Of a stretch of 64,000 bases of DNA, positions 35,978 to 45,827 are shown piece after piece (within the stretch, counting starts at the first letter, position 1; every line of letters starts with the position of its first letter). The notes under the pieces were generated by a model that saw only the letters and a program-made list of their open reading frames with translations, ran no database searches and was not told the DNA's origin. Source of the stretch: Candidatus Hydrogenedentota bacterium. Its GTDB lineage: Bacteria; Hydrogenedentota; Hydrogenedentia; Hydrogenedentales; CAITNO01. The position numbers and the translations under genes were made by a program. Where the stretch lies: NCBI GenBank assembly GCA_012730105.1, contig JAAYBJ010000013.1, positions 7,288 to 71,287 of the forward strand. The letters are read 5' to 3'.

Positions 35978-36964
35978 TCAGTGATCCTCTATCCGGATCA
36001 CCACTTTTCCCAGGGGACCCTCCTTCAAATGCCGGAAAGCATCCTGCACCTCCTCCATGTCAAAGATACGGCTGATGATGGGACGCTTGCTGCTTTTTTC
36101 ATAGCAGGCCAGAATTTCCGCCCAGGCCTGTTGCGCCTGGTCCGGGGTAAAGGCGCTCACGCTGAGGCCCTGCACGCGGATATTTTTGTGAATAAGGAGC
36201 CCGAGGGTAATTTCCGAAGTTACCTCCGCAAGCAGCCCCACCACCATAACGCGTCCATGGGACCCGACGATACGAAGGCACTTTTCCAGAAAAGGGCCGC
36301 CCAGGGTGTCAATAACAAGGGAAACTGGCGCGTCTCCAGCCACTTTTCGAACCTCCCGCTCCAGCGCCGGGGCATTCGTGTCCACCGTTTCATCTGCACC
36401 CATTGCCTCAAGCGTTTTCCGCTTTGCCGTATCCCTTGAAAGGGCAATCACATGGGCGCCGCAGGCTTTTGCAAGAAACACGGCCGCTGTGCCCACCCCG
36501 CCTGACGCGCCCGTAATAACTACGGTTTCCCCGTGCGTCAATCCGCCGCATACCTTCAGGGCGCGCCACGCGGTCAAATGCACCAGCGGTGCGGCGGCGG
36601 CCTGCTCAAAGGTCCACCCTTCGGGTATTGGCGACAGCCATTCCTCGGGAACGGCGCACCGCTCCGCCAGGGTACCCTGTGCCGAGACACCCGTAAGGCC
36701 GCCTAGAATGCAAACCTTATCTCCTTCCCTGAATCGCCCGCCAGATGGCGCATGCAGCACGATGCCGGACCCGTCCCGGCCAGGTGTAAAGGGAGGGGTC
36801 CCGGCGCGCGGATATTGCCCCTGTACGAGATAGCGATCGGCCGGATTCAAGGAGGCGCATTTCAAGCGAACCAACACCTCCCCCCGTTCCAACGCCGGCA
36901 CATCCGTCTCTTCCAATACCAGGTTTGCAATGTCACCGGTCTCATGAAAACGCCATGCACGCAT
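35978..36964 (-). CDS. Medium-chain dehydrogenase/reductase, quinone-oxidoreductase-like
   Basis: It starts MRAWRF at the ATG at 36964. A GroES-like N-domain is followed by the GASGGVGTAAV nucleotide-binding motif. Confidence 0.8.
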   Translation of the reverse strand: MRAWRFHETGDIANLVLEETDVPALERGEVLVRLKCASLNPADRYLVQGQYPRAGTPPFTPGRDGSGIVLHAPSGGRFREGDKVCILGGLTGVSAQGTLAERCAVPEEWLSPIPEGWTFEQAAAAPLVHLTAWRALKVCGGLTHGETVVITGASGGVGTAAVFLAKACGAHVIALSRDTAKRKTLEAMGADETVDTNAPALEREVRKVAGDAPVSLVIDTLGGPFLEKCLRIVGSHGRVMVVGLLAEVTSEITLGLLIHKNIRVQGLSVSAFTPDQAQQAWAEILACYEKSSKRPIISRIFDMEEVQDAFRHLKEGPLGKVVIRIEDH

Positions 36965-37103
36965 AACCGCCCTCCTGTGTCTTATAAGCCCGCACCGAAT
37001 CCCAAGGGCATGGAAACCACGCCCTGCAACCAAGCATTATAACATCAATACAGCGCCGAAGACGTACGGGGCCGGCCTATGCAGGCAAGCATCCTGCCAT
37101 CCT

Positions 37104-38054
37104 TTACAAAAGTCCCAGTTGACGGAGTCCATCAATACCCTCGCGCACCTCCCCGGCGGAGTGATGAAGCGCCGCCGTTTCCTCATCGGTCAAGTCCAAC
37201 TGCACCAGAGATTCTACGCCCCCCCTGCCCAAGAGGCAGGGCACCCCCATATAAATATCGCTGAGACCGTATTCGCCGTTCAGATATGCCGCGCAGGGAA
37301 GCACCTGCCGCTCATTACGAAGTATGGCCTGGGCCATGCGCACCGCGCCGGCGGCGGGGGCATAAAAGGCGCTGCCGGTCTTCAGCAGCCGGACGATTTC
37401 ACCGCCGCCATCCCGTGTCCGGGCAATAATGGCATCAATTCGCTCCCGGGACAGCAGTTTCGTAATCGGTATGCCGGAAACCGTAGTGTACTGCGGCAAC
37501 GGTACCATGGCATCCCCGTGCGATCCGAGCACCATCGTGTCCACGTTAGTCATGCTCACATTGAGTTCCATGGCGATGAACGCACGCATACGCGCGCTGT
37601 CCAGACATCCCGCCATACCAAGCACGCGGTTGCTCGGAAAGCCCAGCGTCTTGCAGGCAAGATAAACCATGACGTCAAGCGGATTGGTGACGATAATGAC
37701 AATGGAGTCCGGGGCGTATTGGCGTATTTTTTCGCAGATCCCGGCAATAATGCGGCCGTTCTTCTCCAACAGATCCAGCCGGGTCATGCCTGGCTTTCTC
37801 GGCAGTCCCGCCGTTACAATCACGAGGTCGGCGCCTGAAATATCCGCATAATCATTGGTTCCCGTACAGGTGACGCTGTAATTCCGTATAGGGCCGGCCT
37901 CCGTCATGTCCAAGGCCTTGCCCTGCGGCAGCCCTTCCACGATATCAGTCAACACCACGTTGCCCAGGCCCATCTCCAGGCAATACTGCGCCGCGGTGGC
38001 GCCGACATTTCCAGCGCCGATACAGGCTATTTTCGGCAATGCATTCATCTTCAA
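37104..38054 (-). CDS. mdh: Malate dehydrogenase (LDH-like MDH)
   Basis: IGAGNVG Rossmann motif. GLPRKPGMTRLDLL carries the Arg typical of MDH specificity, and the catalytic His lies in LGSHGD. The start is TTG at 38054 (AGGAGA 9 nt upstream) or ATG at 38048. Confidence 0.85.
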   Translation of the reverse strand: MKMNALPKIACIGAGNVGATAAQYCLEMGLGNVVLTDIVEGLPQGKALDMTEAGPIRNYSVTCTGTNDYADISGADLVIVTAGLPRKPGMTRLDLLEKNGRIIAGICEKIRQYAPDSIVIIVTNPLDVMVYLACKTLGFPSNRVLGMAGCLDSARMRAFIAMELNVSMTNVDTMVLGSHGDAMVPLPQYTTVSGIPITKLLSRERIDAIIARTRDGGGEIVRLLKTGSAFYAPAAGAVRMAQAILRNERQVLPCAAYLNGEYGLSDIYMGVPCLLGRGGVESLVQLDLTDEETAALHHSAGEVREGIDGLRQLGLL

Positions 38055-38073
38055 GAGGGGACATCTCCTATGG

Positions 38074-39333
38074 TTAGTTTGCCACTACCGGCTGCACCCA
38101 CGCCATTTCCACATCACCGTCGTGGAAGGGATTGGAGTGCTTCTTATTTGAAATGACTACAGCGCGTACATAGAGTTCATCGCCGACAAAACGAAACGCG
38201 GGATTCAGGCCTTCCGCTTCCGAAAGCACGACGCCGATGTCTTCGCCATAAACGCGGGAGGCCCGTTCAGGTGTTTCGCCCTTATCATTGTTGTATTCCC
38301 AGGATTCCTTGGAAAATCCTTTGCGTGTTCCGAGAAATCTGGTGGTATACGTAACATCCGGCTCTCCCTTGATCGTAAAGGATAGACCGGCTCCATCACG
38401 GCGTATATCATCCAAAACGACGCCCGTGGAGGCATAGAACTCGCCCGTCTCCAGCGCCTTCAGCAGGGCATTCACTTCCAGAACAGGCGCATTCACCATA
38501 ACCCATCCCCTGCCGGGATTCGCCTCACCGGTACCCCATTTGTAATAGTCATGGGCATCATCCGTGGCCACACCTAAAAGCGGGCTCTTCTCACCCTGTG
38601 AAATGCGCAGGGTAAGCACTACATCCCACCAGCAATCCGTAGACGGATAACCCTTTCCGGGATGCCCCCAGTTGTTCACGCTGGGATGCCCGTTGTATAC
38701 CTCAAAGAAGCAGTATTCCGGCAACTGCAGCATCTCCTCAATAGTAACGGCATCCGCAAAATTCGGATGATTGAGGATGGCCAGCATCGGTTGACCCTTT
38801 TCGGCACTTTGGGCCACCACCGTTTCATGATAAAGACGCGCTGCGGCGACAACGTCCCCTTTCCCCCGGGCGGGAATCTGTTCGACAAGGTTGATCGCAC
38901 CGACATGAGGACCGGAACCAATAGAGGTAATTTCTTCCCCGTGCATAAGCAGAAAAGCGTTCTGATCATCAAAATGCTTCTTCATCTCTTCAAAAGTCTT
39001 CAGCCGCAGTTTTTCCTGACCGTCTTCTTTCACGGTTTCGACCCAGGCATCACCGAATTGTCGACGGAGTGCAGCGACCTGTTCCGGCTTCGGGGCTTTT
39101 TCTTCGCTAATATTTCGGAACCTTTCCCCACTCTGCATCTGGTTATGCTCGGTTACACATACAAAATTCCAGCCGTGTTCCTTGTACCAGGCCACGGGCA
39201 CTTCCGGAGCGCCATCTCCATCGCTGCGCAAAGAATGCAAATGCAAGGCGCCCTTGTACCATTCTCCATGGGCGGTAAACACGGCAAAAGACGATACGAC
39301 CGTCAACAGATATATCAAGAAATGTTTCTTCAT
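38074..39333 (-). CDS. Secreted PHP-domain metallo-phosphoesterase-like protein (CehA/McbA-like)
   Basis: Signal peptide, then the PHP signature GALHLHSLRSDGDG. Later His/Asp-rich motifs are VTEHN and ATDDAHD. Confidence 0.6.
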   Translation of the reverse strand: MKKHFLIYLLTVVSSFAVFTAHGEWYKGALHLHSLRSDGDGAPEVPVAWYKEHGWNFVCVTEHNQMQSGERFRNISEEKAPKPEQVAALRRQFGDAWVETVKEDGQEKLRLKTFEEMKKHFDDQNAFLLMHGEEITSIGSGPHVGAINLVEQIPARGKGDVVAAARLYHETVVAQSAEKGQPMLAILNHPNFADAVTIEEMLQLPEYCFFEVYNGHPSVNNWGHPGKGYPSTDCWWDVVLTLRISQGEKSPLLGVATDDAHDYYKWGTGEANPGRGWVMVNAPVLEVNALLKALETGEFYASTGVVLDDIRRDGAGLSFTIKGEPDVTYTTRFLGTRKGFSKESWEYNNDKGETPERASRVYGEDIGVVLSEAEGLNPAFRFVGDELYVRAVVISNKKHSNPFHDGDVEMAWVQPVVAN

Positions 39334-39423
39334 GATCTCAAGATTTCCTGGTTAAAAAGACCAACCCACAAGCGCAAGCCTATCACCGGATTTGCTTCTA
39401 ATTCAATAACCGGGTAAAGGTCC

Positions 39424-40167
39424 TCACCGCATTTCAGGGAAATACCGCGCCTCTATGAGCAGGCAAAGAGTATGCCAGATAACGGCATGGGCTTCCTGTA
39501 TAACCTTGGTGGAATCTCCCGGCGCCTTCAAAGAAATGTCCGCAAACTCCCCCATAGATCCCCCACCAGGTCCAGTCAACGCAATGGTCTTTCCGCCATG
39601 GGCTTTCGCCACAGACATGGCCATAAGACAATTCCGGGCGTTGCCTGAGGTGCTGATCGCCAAAAGCACGTCGCCGGGACGCATCAGCGCGTTCAATTCC
39701 TGCGCAAAGGCGATATTGGGAAGGTCGCAGTCGTTTTCAATGGCGGTTTTCAAAGCGCCGTTCAACCCGAGCGTCACCGCAGGAAGGCCCGTTTCCAGGT
39801 GTTTAACCAGGTCATCGCTGCACGGCAAACCGGCCAGCCTCGCCTGAAACGCCGCATCAAGAGTCCGCCGGCGCTCAAAACTCTTGCACAGTTCCCCGAC
39901 AATATGCAGCGCGTCCGCGTAAGAACCTCCGTTTCCGCAGGTAAAAAGACAGTTCCGTCCGTCAAAACATGCGGACAAGGCCTTGTGGCATTCGAACAAA
40001 CCCGCCTCACACGCTGCAAGGTCGGGCCGGCGCGCCAACATGGCTGCCATAATGTTACGCTCATCTGCCGTCCATTGATACACGTTTCTCATCCTTTCGT
40101 GTCGCTTGTTCAAGATTTCAAGGGAATTTACCACAACGCCCGCTTTCCTTCGCGCCTTCCGCTTCAT
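39424..40167 (-). CDS. gmhA: SIS-domain phosphoheptose isomerase-like protein
   Basis: CGNGGSYADALHIVGEL and ISTSGNARN are GmhA/DiaA-type SIS motifs. The true start may be the internal Met at 40092. Confidence 0.65.
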   Translation of the reverse strand: MKRKARRKAGVVVNSLEILNKRHERMRNVYQWTADERNIMAAMLARRPDLAACEAGLFECHKALSACFDGRNCLFTCGNGGSYADALHIVGELCKSFERRRTLDAAFQARLAGLPCSDDLVKHLETGLPAVTLGLNGALKTAIENDCDLPNIAFAQELNALMRPGDVLLAISTSGNARNCLMAMSVAKAHGGKTIALTGPGGGSMGEFADISLKAPGDSTKVIQEAHAVIWHTLCLLIEARYFPEMR

Positions 40168-40286
40168 CCGTTTCAGGCTGGCGGGTATGGTTGCGTAATG
40201 AAACGGGCATTTATCCTTTCATGGTATCATATTTGTTATGATAGGGGCATTGTGAGGCTGTTTCCCCCTCACCAAGGATCGACATC

Positions 40287-41234
40287 ATGCAGCGATTCAC
40301 AATCGACTTAGGTCTTTTCATCCTCTTTTGTTCTACAGTTTCGCTGTTCGCGGAAGAAGCGACAAAAGATCTGGACAGTACTTCACCTCTTTCTATCCTG
40401 GAACCTTCATTGCAGGACCAATCGGAGGCGGAACGCCGGATACGCGCCTTCGACAGACTGTATATATCCATTGCGCGGGCCAAGTATATGAAGGCGCGCG
40501 AACTGGAAGAAAAGGGCGCTACTGAAGAGGCGAAAGCGGTCTCGGATGAAGCCAGAAAACAGTTTGAACTGGTCAAGGACGCCTATTTGCTCGGTTTGTC
40601 CAAATATGACAACAGCGCGGTATTGCATAATTTTTACGGGGAGTTTTTATTGGATTACCTGGGTAAGGCGGATGAGGCAGCCGGCCACTGGCAACGCGCC
40701 GTAGCACTGGATGGAAAGCATGCCCGGGCCCACAACAATCTGGGCATGTACTGGCTGCATATCGGGAAATATCCTGAAGGCCTTAAGCACATGAACAGGG
40801 CCCTGGCGCTTGAGCCGGACAATCCCGATTATCTTTTCAATATGATACAGGTTTATCTCACGAATTACCTTCAAGTAATGGAAATCAACCACTGGTCCCG
40901 AAACGAAATTTTTGAGGAAGCCATGCGGCTTTCCGAACGGACCGTCAAACTCGCGCCCACGGATTTCGAACTGCTTCGAGACCACGCGTTGAATTATTTT
41001 CTCGCGGATGACTTTGGGATCGTCCCCGACTGGAAAAAAGCCGCCGAGGCGTGGCGGGCGGCCGGAAAACACGCCCGAGGCAAGGTCGAGAAATTCAACG
41101 TCCGGCTCAACGAGGCGCGTGTTCACATTCGCGCGGAAAACCGGAAGCAGGCCAAGAAATGCCTGAAAGAAGCCGACGCACTTATACCCAACAATCCGTT
41201 GGTACAGACACTCATGGAAGAAGTGGACCGTTAA
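40287..41234 (+). CDS. Secreted TPR-repeat protein
   Basis: Signal peptide followed by several 34-aa TPR-like repeats (AHNNLGMYWLHIGKYPEGLKHMNRALALEPDN etc.). Confidence 0.7.
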   Translation: MQRFTIDLGLFILFCSTVSLFAEEATKDLDSTSPLSILEPSLQDQSEAERRIRAFDRLYISIARAKYMKARELEEKGATEEAKAVSDEARKQFELVKDAYLLGLSKYDNSAVLHNFYGEFLLDYLGKADEAAGHWQRAVALDGKHARAHNNLGMYWLHIGKYPEGLKHMNRALALEPDNPDYLFNMIQVYLTNYLQVMEINHWSRNEIFEEAMRLSERTVKLAPTDFELLRDHALNYFLADDFGIVPDWKKAAEAWRAAGKHARGKVEKFNVRLNEARVHIRAENRKQAKKCLKEADALIPNNPLVQTLMEEVDR

Positions 41235-41240
41235 CAATTT

Positions 41241-42002
41241 ATGGAATACAGCATAGAAAGCCACGGCCTTACCAAGGCATACAATGGCCGCAACGTAGTG
41301 GATGAATTGTGCCTGCGCATTGAGCGGGGCACGTTCTACGGTTTTTTGGGCCCGAACGGCGCCGGGAAGTCCACGACCATTAAAATGCTGACGGGCATCA
41401 TCGCGCCCACCTCCGGGAGCGCGCGCATTCTGGGATATGACCTCAAACGCAACATGCTCGCCATAAAAAAGCGTATTGGTGTTGTGCCGGAGGAACAATG
41501 TCTCTTCGAAAATTTGACGGCCCCGGAGTATCTCACGTTTATCGGACGCATGTACGGTTTGCCGCGCCAGGTGGCCCTAAACCGCACACGGGAATTGATC
41601 GAAGTCATGGGGCTCGACAACGCCGTCGACACATTGATACTTGAATTCTCCACCGGCATGAAAAAACGGCTGTCGCTATGCGCAGCCATGATACACGATC
41701 CGGAAATCCTTTTTCTGGACGAGCCTTTTGAAGGGGTGGACGCCATTGCCTCGCGCACCATCCGAACGGTGCTGGAACAGGCGCGCAAGCGCGGCGCCAC
41801 CATATTCCTGACTTCGCATATCCTCGAAGTCGTGGAAAGGCTGTGCACCCATGTCAGCATTATTCATGAAGGCAAGTTGTTGTTCCAAGGCGCCCTGGAA
41901 GGCCTCGCCCAAGGGGCCCGCCTGGACGAAGCATTCCTGAATCTGGTGAACAACGGCAAGACTGCGGAAACGGGCCTCTCCTGGCTGGGAGCGGGAAACT
42001 GA
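41241..42002 (+). CDS. ABC transporter ATP-binding protein
   Basis: Walker A GPNGAGKST, signature-region FSTGMKKRL, Walker B ILFLDEPFEGVD and the H-loop in FLTSHIL. Confidence 0.9.
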   Translation: MEYSIESHGLTKAYNGRNVVDELCLRIERGTFYGFLGPNGAGKSTTIKMLTGIIAPTSGSARILGYDLKRNMLAIKKRIGVVPEEQCLFENLTAPEYLTFIGRMYGLPRQVALNRTRELIEVMGLDNAVDTLILEFSTGMKKRLSLCAAMIHDPEILFLDEPFEGVDAIASRTIRTVLEQARKRGATIFLTSHILEVVERLCTHVSIIHEGKLLFQGALEGLAQGARLDEAFLNLVNNGKTAETGLSWLGAGN

Positions 42003-43699
42003 TGCTTCATCGAAGTTGGGCACTATTTGCGCTCAAATGGACCATGATACGGCGCAGCCTTGAGCGGACGCACTATTCGGGGTACCTGATACTGCTGGTT
42101 CTTTTTCTCCTGGGCACGCTTGCATCCCTGGGCATCGGTTTCTTGCTCTATTATCTGGGCAGCCTGGTGGAAAAAGACAAAGCATTCCCGGCTTTGCTGC
42201 TTCTGCTTGACGGAGTCGTGATCCTCTACTGCTTCTTTTACGCATGGGGATTGTTGCTGGAATTGCAGCGCACCGACCTGATTGACTTCAGGAAGATTCT
42301 GTTGCTGCCCATCTCACTACCTGCCGTATTTCTGATTAATTTCATGGTGTCCCTGCTGGGTCCCCTGTTCCTTTTTTCCATCCCCGCCCTTACTGGACTT
42401 CTTTGGGGCCTGCGCCCCCATATGGGAAACGGTATTTTCCCGGCCGGTTTTTTGATGGCCCTCTCTTTCGCGGTCATGCTGGGCGCATGGTCCTATTACC
42501 TCCGGGGACGACTGGCCATTCTTATGGAACATCCCAGGCACAGGCGCCTCATTTTCATGTTGTTGCCAATAGGTTTCATTTTCCTTGCCCAGTTGCCCGC
42601 CATCATCATGCAAGTGGCTTCGAAAAATGCCCCGGGCCGCACGTCAGGGGCGCTCTTGAGCTTCATAGAACCTCATCTCATCTCAATTAACCAAGCTGTA
42701 CCCTTCCTGTGGCCGGCCTACGGGTTGTGGTCGGTATGCACCCGGGAAGCCCTCTGGGTCTTTCCGGCAAGCATCGTCGCCATGTGGCTGGTCGCGCTGC
42801 TGGGCCTGAGAATGGGCTATGTAACCACATTGCGCCACTATATGGGCACGTACGCGTCATCCCGCACAGCGGCATCCGTACGGCCCAAACGAAAGATGCG
42901 GCCGCCGATTACCGCCAAACGCATTCCCTTTCTGGCCGAGGATACCTCGGCGCTTGTGTGCGGTTTTTATACCTCCTTCAGCAGGCATCCCCATGTGCGC
43001 ATGCTGCTGTTGATGCCCATTTGTTTCGGACTGTTTGTCCTTTTTATGCATTACAGCGGCGCCTACGGCAACACGGCATCCAGCCGGGCCTGGATTCCCA
43101 CGGCCTGTTTGTTATGGCCTTTTATTAATTTCTCCTTCTTCATGTTCAATATTTTCGGTATCGACACCTTTTCATTCCAGGCGCTGCAGCTGCTGCCCGC
43201 ACCGCGGTACAAGTACTTGCTCGCCAAAAATATCGCCATCGCGCCCATCGTCCTCGGCCTGGTTTCCTTTTTCATTGCCGTAAGCCTCTTTCTGGCTGAT
43301 GTCCCCGGCGGTATCATCCTGCTGTCTTTCCTGCTTGCGATTCAATTATTTCTACTTTTTAGCACCATAGGTAATTTTATTTCGATCAAGTTTCCGCACC
43401 GGCTTCACCGGGACGCCCTACGGGCGCCCGGACGCCGCTTGTACATGGTAATCAACGGTTTCGCGTCGACACTGCTTTCAACGCTGTTGATAATTCCCGC
43501 GCTCCTGTGTTTGCTGGTTTACCGCTATCCACCGCGTTTTCTTACGCATCAGCATGGAACGTGGGGATTATTTTTGCCGGCCTTCCTGCTTACGATAATC
43601 ACCGCGATTCTCTATTGGAAAACCCTTCCGCACGCAGGAGACTTGTTAACGGCGGAAGAGCATCTCATTTCCGTAAAACTTTTGGGAGATCGCGACTAG
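42002..43699 (+). CDS. Large polytopic membrane protein, putative permease partner of the ABC ATPase
   Basis: 565 aa with more than 10 hydrophobic helices. The start overlaps the ATPase stop (TGATG). Confidence 0.6.
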   Translation: MLHRSWALFALKWTMIRRSLERTHYSGYLILLVLFLLGTLASLGIGFLLYYLGSLVEKDKAFPALLLLLDGVVILYCFFYAWGLLLELQRTDLIDFRKILLLPISLPAVFLINFMVSLLGPLFLFSIPALTGLLWGLRPHMGNGIFPAGFLMALSFAVMLGAWSYYLRGRLAILMEHPRHRRLIFMLLPIGFIFLAQLPAIIMQVASKNAPGRTSGALLSFIEPHLISINQAVPFLWPAYGLWSVCTREALWVFPASIVAMWLVALLGLRMGYVTTLRHYMGTYASSRTAASVRPKRKMRPPITAKRIPFLAEDTSALVCGFYTSFSRHPHVRMLLLMPICFGLFVLFMHYSGAYGNTASSRAWIPTACLLWPFINFSFFMFNIFGIDTFSFQALQLLPAPRYKYLLAKNIAIAPIVLGLVSFFIAVSLFLADVPGGIILLSFLLAIQLFLLFSTIGNFISIKFPHRLHRDALRAPGRRLYMVINGFASTLLSTLLIIPALLCLLVYRYPPRFLTHQHGTWGLFLPAFLLTIITAILYWKTLPHAGDLLTAEEHLISVKLLGDRD

Positions 43700-43829
43700 C
43701 GCGCCGGTGTGAACGCATGCTATAATCTTATTAGCCGCATCAGGGGATGGGGTGGAACCGGGGTTGTTTACCCAATCTGAGCCCTGCACGCATCCGGGCG
43801 GCGCCAAAACAACAAGGAGAGTTGCTGTA

Positions 43830-44420
43830 ATGGCTGTAAGAGTAATCTATCTTGTCCGGCACGGCCAGCATGACCAAGACAATCCGAGCGGCTCTGAACT
43901 GGGTGGCGGGCTTACCCCCGTAGGCATCAAACAATCAGAACTGACCGCCAAATTGCTCGCCAAAAAGCCGATTACTTCCATTCATAGCAGTTCCTTGAAT
44001 CGTTCCGAGGAAACGGCGCGCATCATCGCAAAAGAAATCCCCGGCGTAACCATCCAGCAAACGGACCTCCTTTGGGAGTGCATTCCCACGATGACCCCGA
44101 AACTGCAAGTGGAGATGCCGAATTACACCATCGCCCAGGTAACCCAGGACAGGCAGCGGGCCGAGGTGGCCTACAGGAAATATTTCAAGGTCGCAAAGCG
44201 GAACGACCGCCACGATGTCATCGTCTGCCACGGAAATCTCATCCGCTACTTCGTCACGCTGGTATTGAAAGCGGAGCCGGACAGCTGGGTGAGAATGGAC
44301 CTTTGCAACTGCGGCGTTACACAAATCCTGATTCAAGCCGACGGGGATATGGCGATGTTATGCCATAACGACTGGTCGCATCTCCCCAAGGAACTGCGCA
44401 CCTCCACATTGCGCTCCTGA
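43830..44420 (+). CDS. Histidine phosphatase family protein (phosphoglycerate-mutase-like)
   Basis: AAGGAGA RBS, then MAVRVIYLVRHGQ (RHG catalytic motif). A later His lies in VIVCHGNLIR. Confidence 0.75.
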   Translation: MAVRVIYLVRHGQHDQDNPSGSELGGGLTPVGIKQSELTAKLLAKKPITSIHSSSLNRSEETARIIAKEIPGVTIQQTDLLWECIPTMTPKLQVEMPNYTIAQVTQDRQRAEVAYRKYFKVAKRNDRHDVIVCHGNLIRYFVTLVLKAEPDSWVRMDLCNCGVTQILIQADGDMAMLCHNDWSHLPKELRTSTLRS

Positions 44421-44457
44421 ACCGCATTTCCATTCCATCCCCCCTATCGGGCGCCTT

Positions 44458-44838
44458 TCATTCCACATCCCGCCTTTTCAGGCGCCTGCGCCTGCGCGCT
44501 TTTTGTTTTTTGATCCGCGCGGCTTCCCTGGCCGCAGGACTGGCGTCGCCCAACGTGTCCGCTTCCAGGAGTTCACAAAGACGCCTGCGCGCATAAAAAC
44601 GGTTCAAGGCCTGCGACCGAGCCTTTTGCATTTTGACTGAACGCCCGCTGGGAACGTGGACCAGGCACACACACGTGGCGCTACGATTCGTTTTTTGGCC
44701 GCCCGGCCCTCCGCTACGGACAAAGGTCTCCTCCAAATCTTCTTCGTGCAGCCCGCATGCGACCATGCGGCCGGCAAGCGCCTGCATCTTTTCAGGGGTC
44801 ACACCTAAATTAAGCACATAGCCCTCACGCGACATCAT
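44458..44838 (-). CDS. Small class-I release-factor-domain (GGQ) protein, ArfB-like
   Basis: SGGPGGQKTNRSATCV is the GGQ motif. The C-terminal tail KKQKARRRRRLKRR is strongly basic. 126 aa. Confidence 0.7.
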   Translation of the reverse strand: MMSREGYVLNLGVTPEKMQALAGRMVACGLHEEDLEETFVRSGGPGGQKTNRSATCVCLVHVPSGRSVKMQKARSQALNRFYARRRLCELLEADTLGDASPAAREAARIKKQKARRRRRLKRRDVE

Positions 44839-44858
44839 TTCATGCCTGTTCCAGCCAA

Positions 44859-45560
44859 TCAGTCACCAAAGTAATAACACTTGTTGTCCGGCGTCTCCTG
44901 CACGCCGACCAGTACTGGACCCGCAGCCGACCGTTCAAAATGGCGCCAGACCCACAGGGCGATCCGTTCCGCAGTTGATTGTTCCAGACCGCCAATGGAA
45001 TTCAGGTAGCGGCCGTTCAACTGATTGTATAACGACTCCGCCAGAACAGGTGCGGCGACCGTGTCGCGGCAGGCGAATTCCAGTTGATAGGTATGCCCAT
45101 GCACAAAACGGCAGGGATGTCCTTCGGGAAGATGGGGCAAAGACTGCGCCGCTGCGAAAAGGAACATATGGCGTTCAGGAAGATTGGATTCCGGTTCCGC
45201 AGGCAAATATTTCAGAATAAAACCTGTCGGTTCCGGTGGAAATACACGGACCCCCCGGAACCACACGGGCCAGGGTCGCAGTTTTTCATTGATCCAGATT
45301 TCCAAAGCCCCCGGGGAACTATCCGTCTCCAACCCGGGAACATCAGACAGACAATGGTGGTCCAGAAAACGCCTGACCGGCTCAAAAAGTCCTTTCAGTT
45401 CAGCATAATCCACCACCCATCCGACGGATTCATCGATGGCGCCCTCCGCCACCAGGTCTATGCGGTAACGGTTACCCGTATACGATTCTTTCCCGTCCGC
45501 TCCAACCATCACTTTTCGGGCGGCCTCAATATGGATTGTTTTAATGATTTGTATATTCAT
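44859..45560 (-). CDS. 6-pyruvoyl-tetrahydropterin synthase / QueD family protein, two tandem domains
   Basis: The C-terminal half carries CRFVHGHTYQLEF, the PTPS Zn-His motif. The N-terminal half has the same fold pattern (NRYRIDLVAEG..VVDYAELK) without the His motif. Confidence 0.65.
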   Translation of the reverse strand: MNIQIIKTIHIEAARKVMVGADGKESYTGNRYRIDLVAEGAIDESVGWVVDYAELKGLFEPVRRFLDHHCLSDVPGLETDSSPGALEIWINEKLRPWPVWFRGVRVFPPEPTGFILKYLPAEPESNLPERHMFLFAAAQSLPHLPEGHPCRFVHGHTYQLEFACRDTVAAPVLAESLYNQLNGRYLNSIGGLEQSTAERIALWVWRHFERSAAGPVLVGVQETPDNKCYYFGD

Positions 45561-45827
45561 GGGAATGGCCCGCTTATCTATCGGTTACTGTCACGCTGCT
45601 AATGTAAATTCCATTTGTTCCGCGAGGATATCCCCCTGAACTTCCTAAAGCCGTATTGAAAACCTTGCGGAACCGTTTCGTATATTATAAGCACCGTCAT
45701 CTTGAAAACAGTAATTTATAACGGTCCATGCCCGCGAAATAAACCGGAAGGACCTGCAGCGATCCCCCCTCCGGCTTGCATAAGGCTATAGGGAAAATTT
45801 AATATTCCCCAAAAGGATGATATTTGT

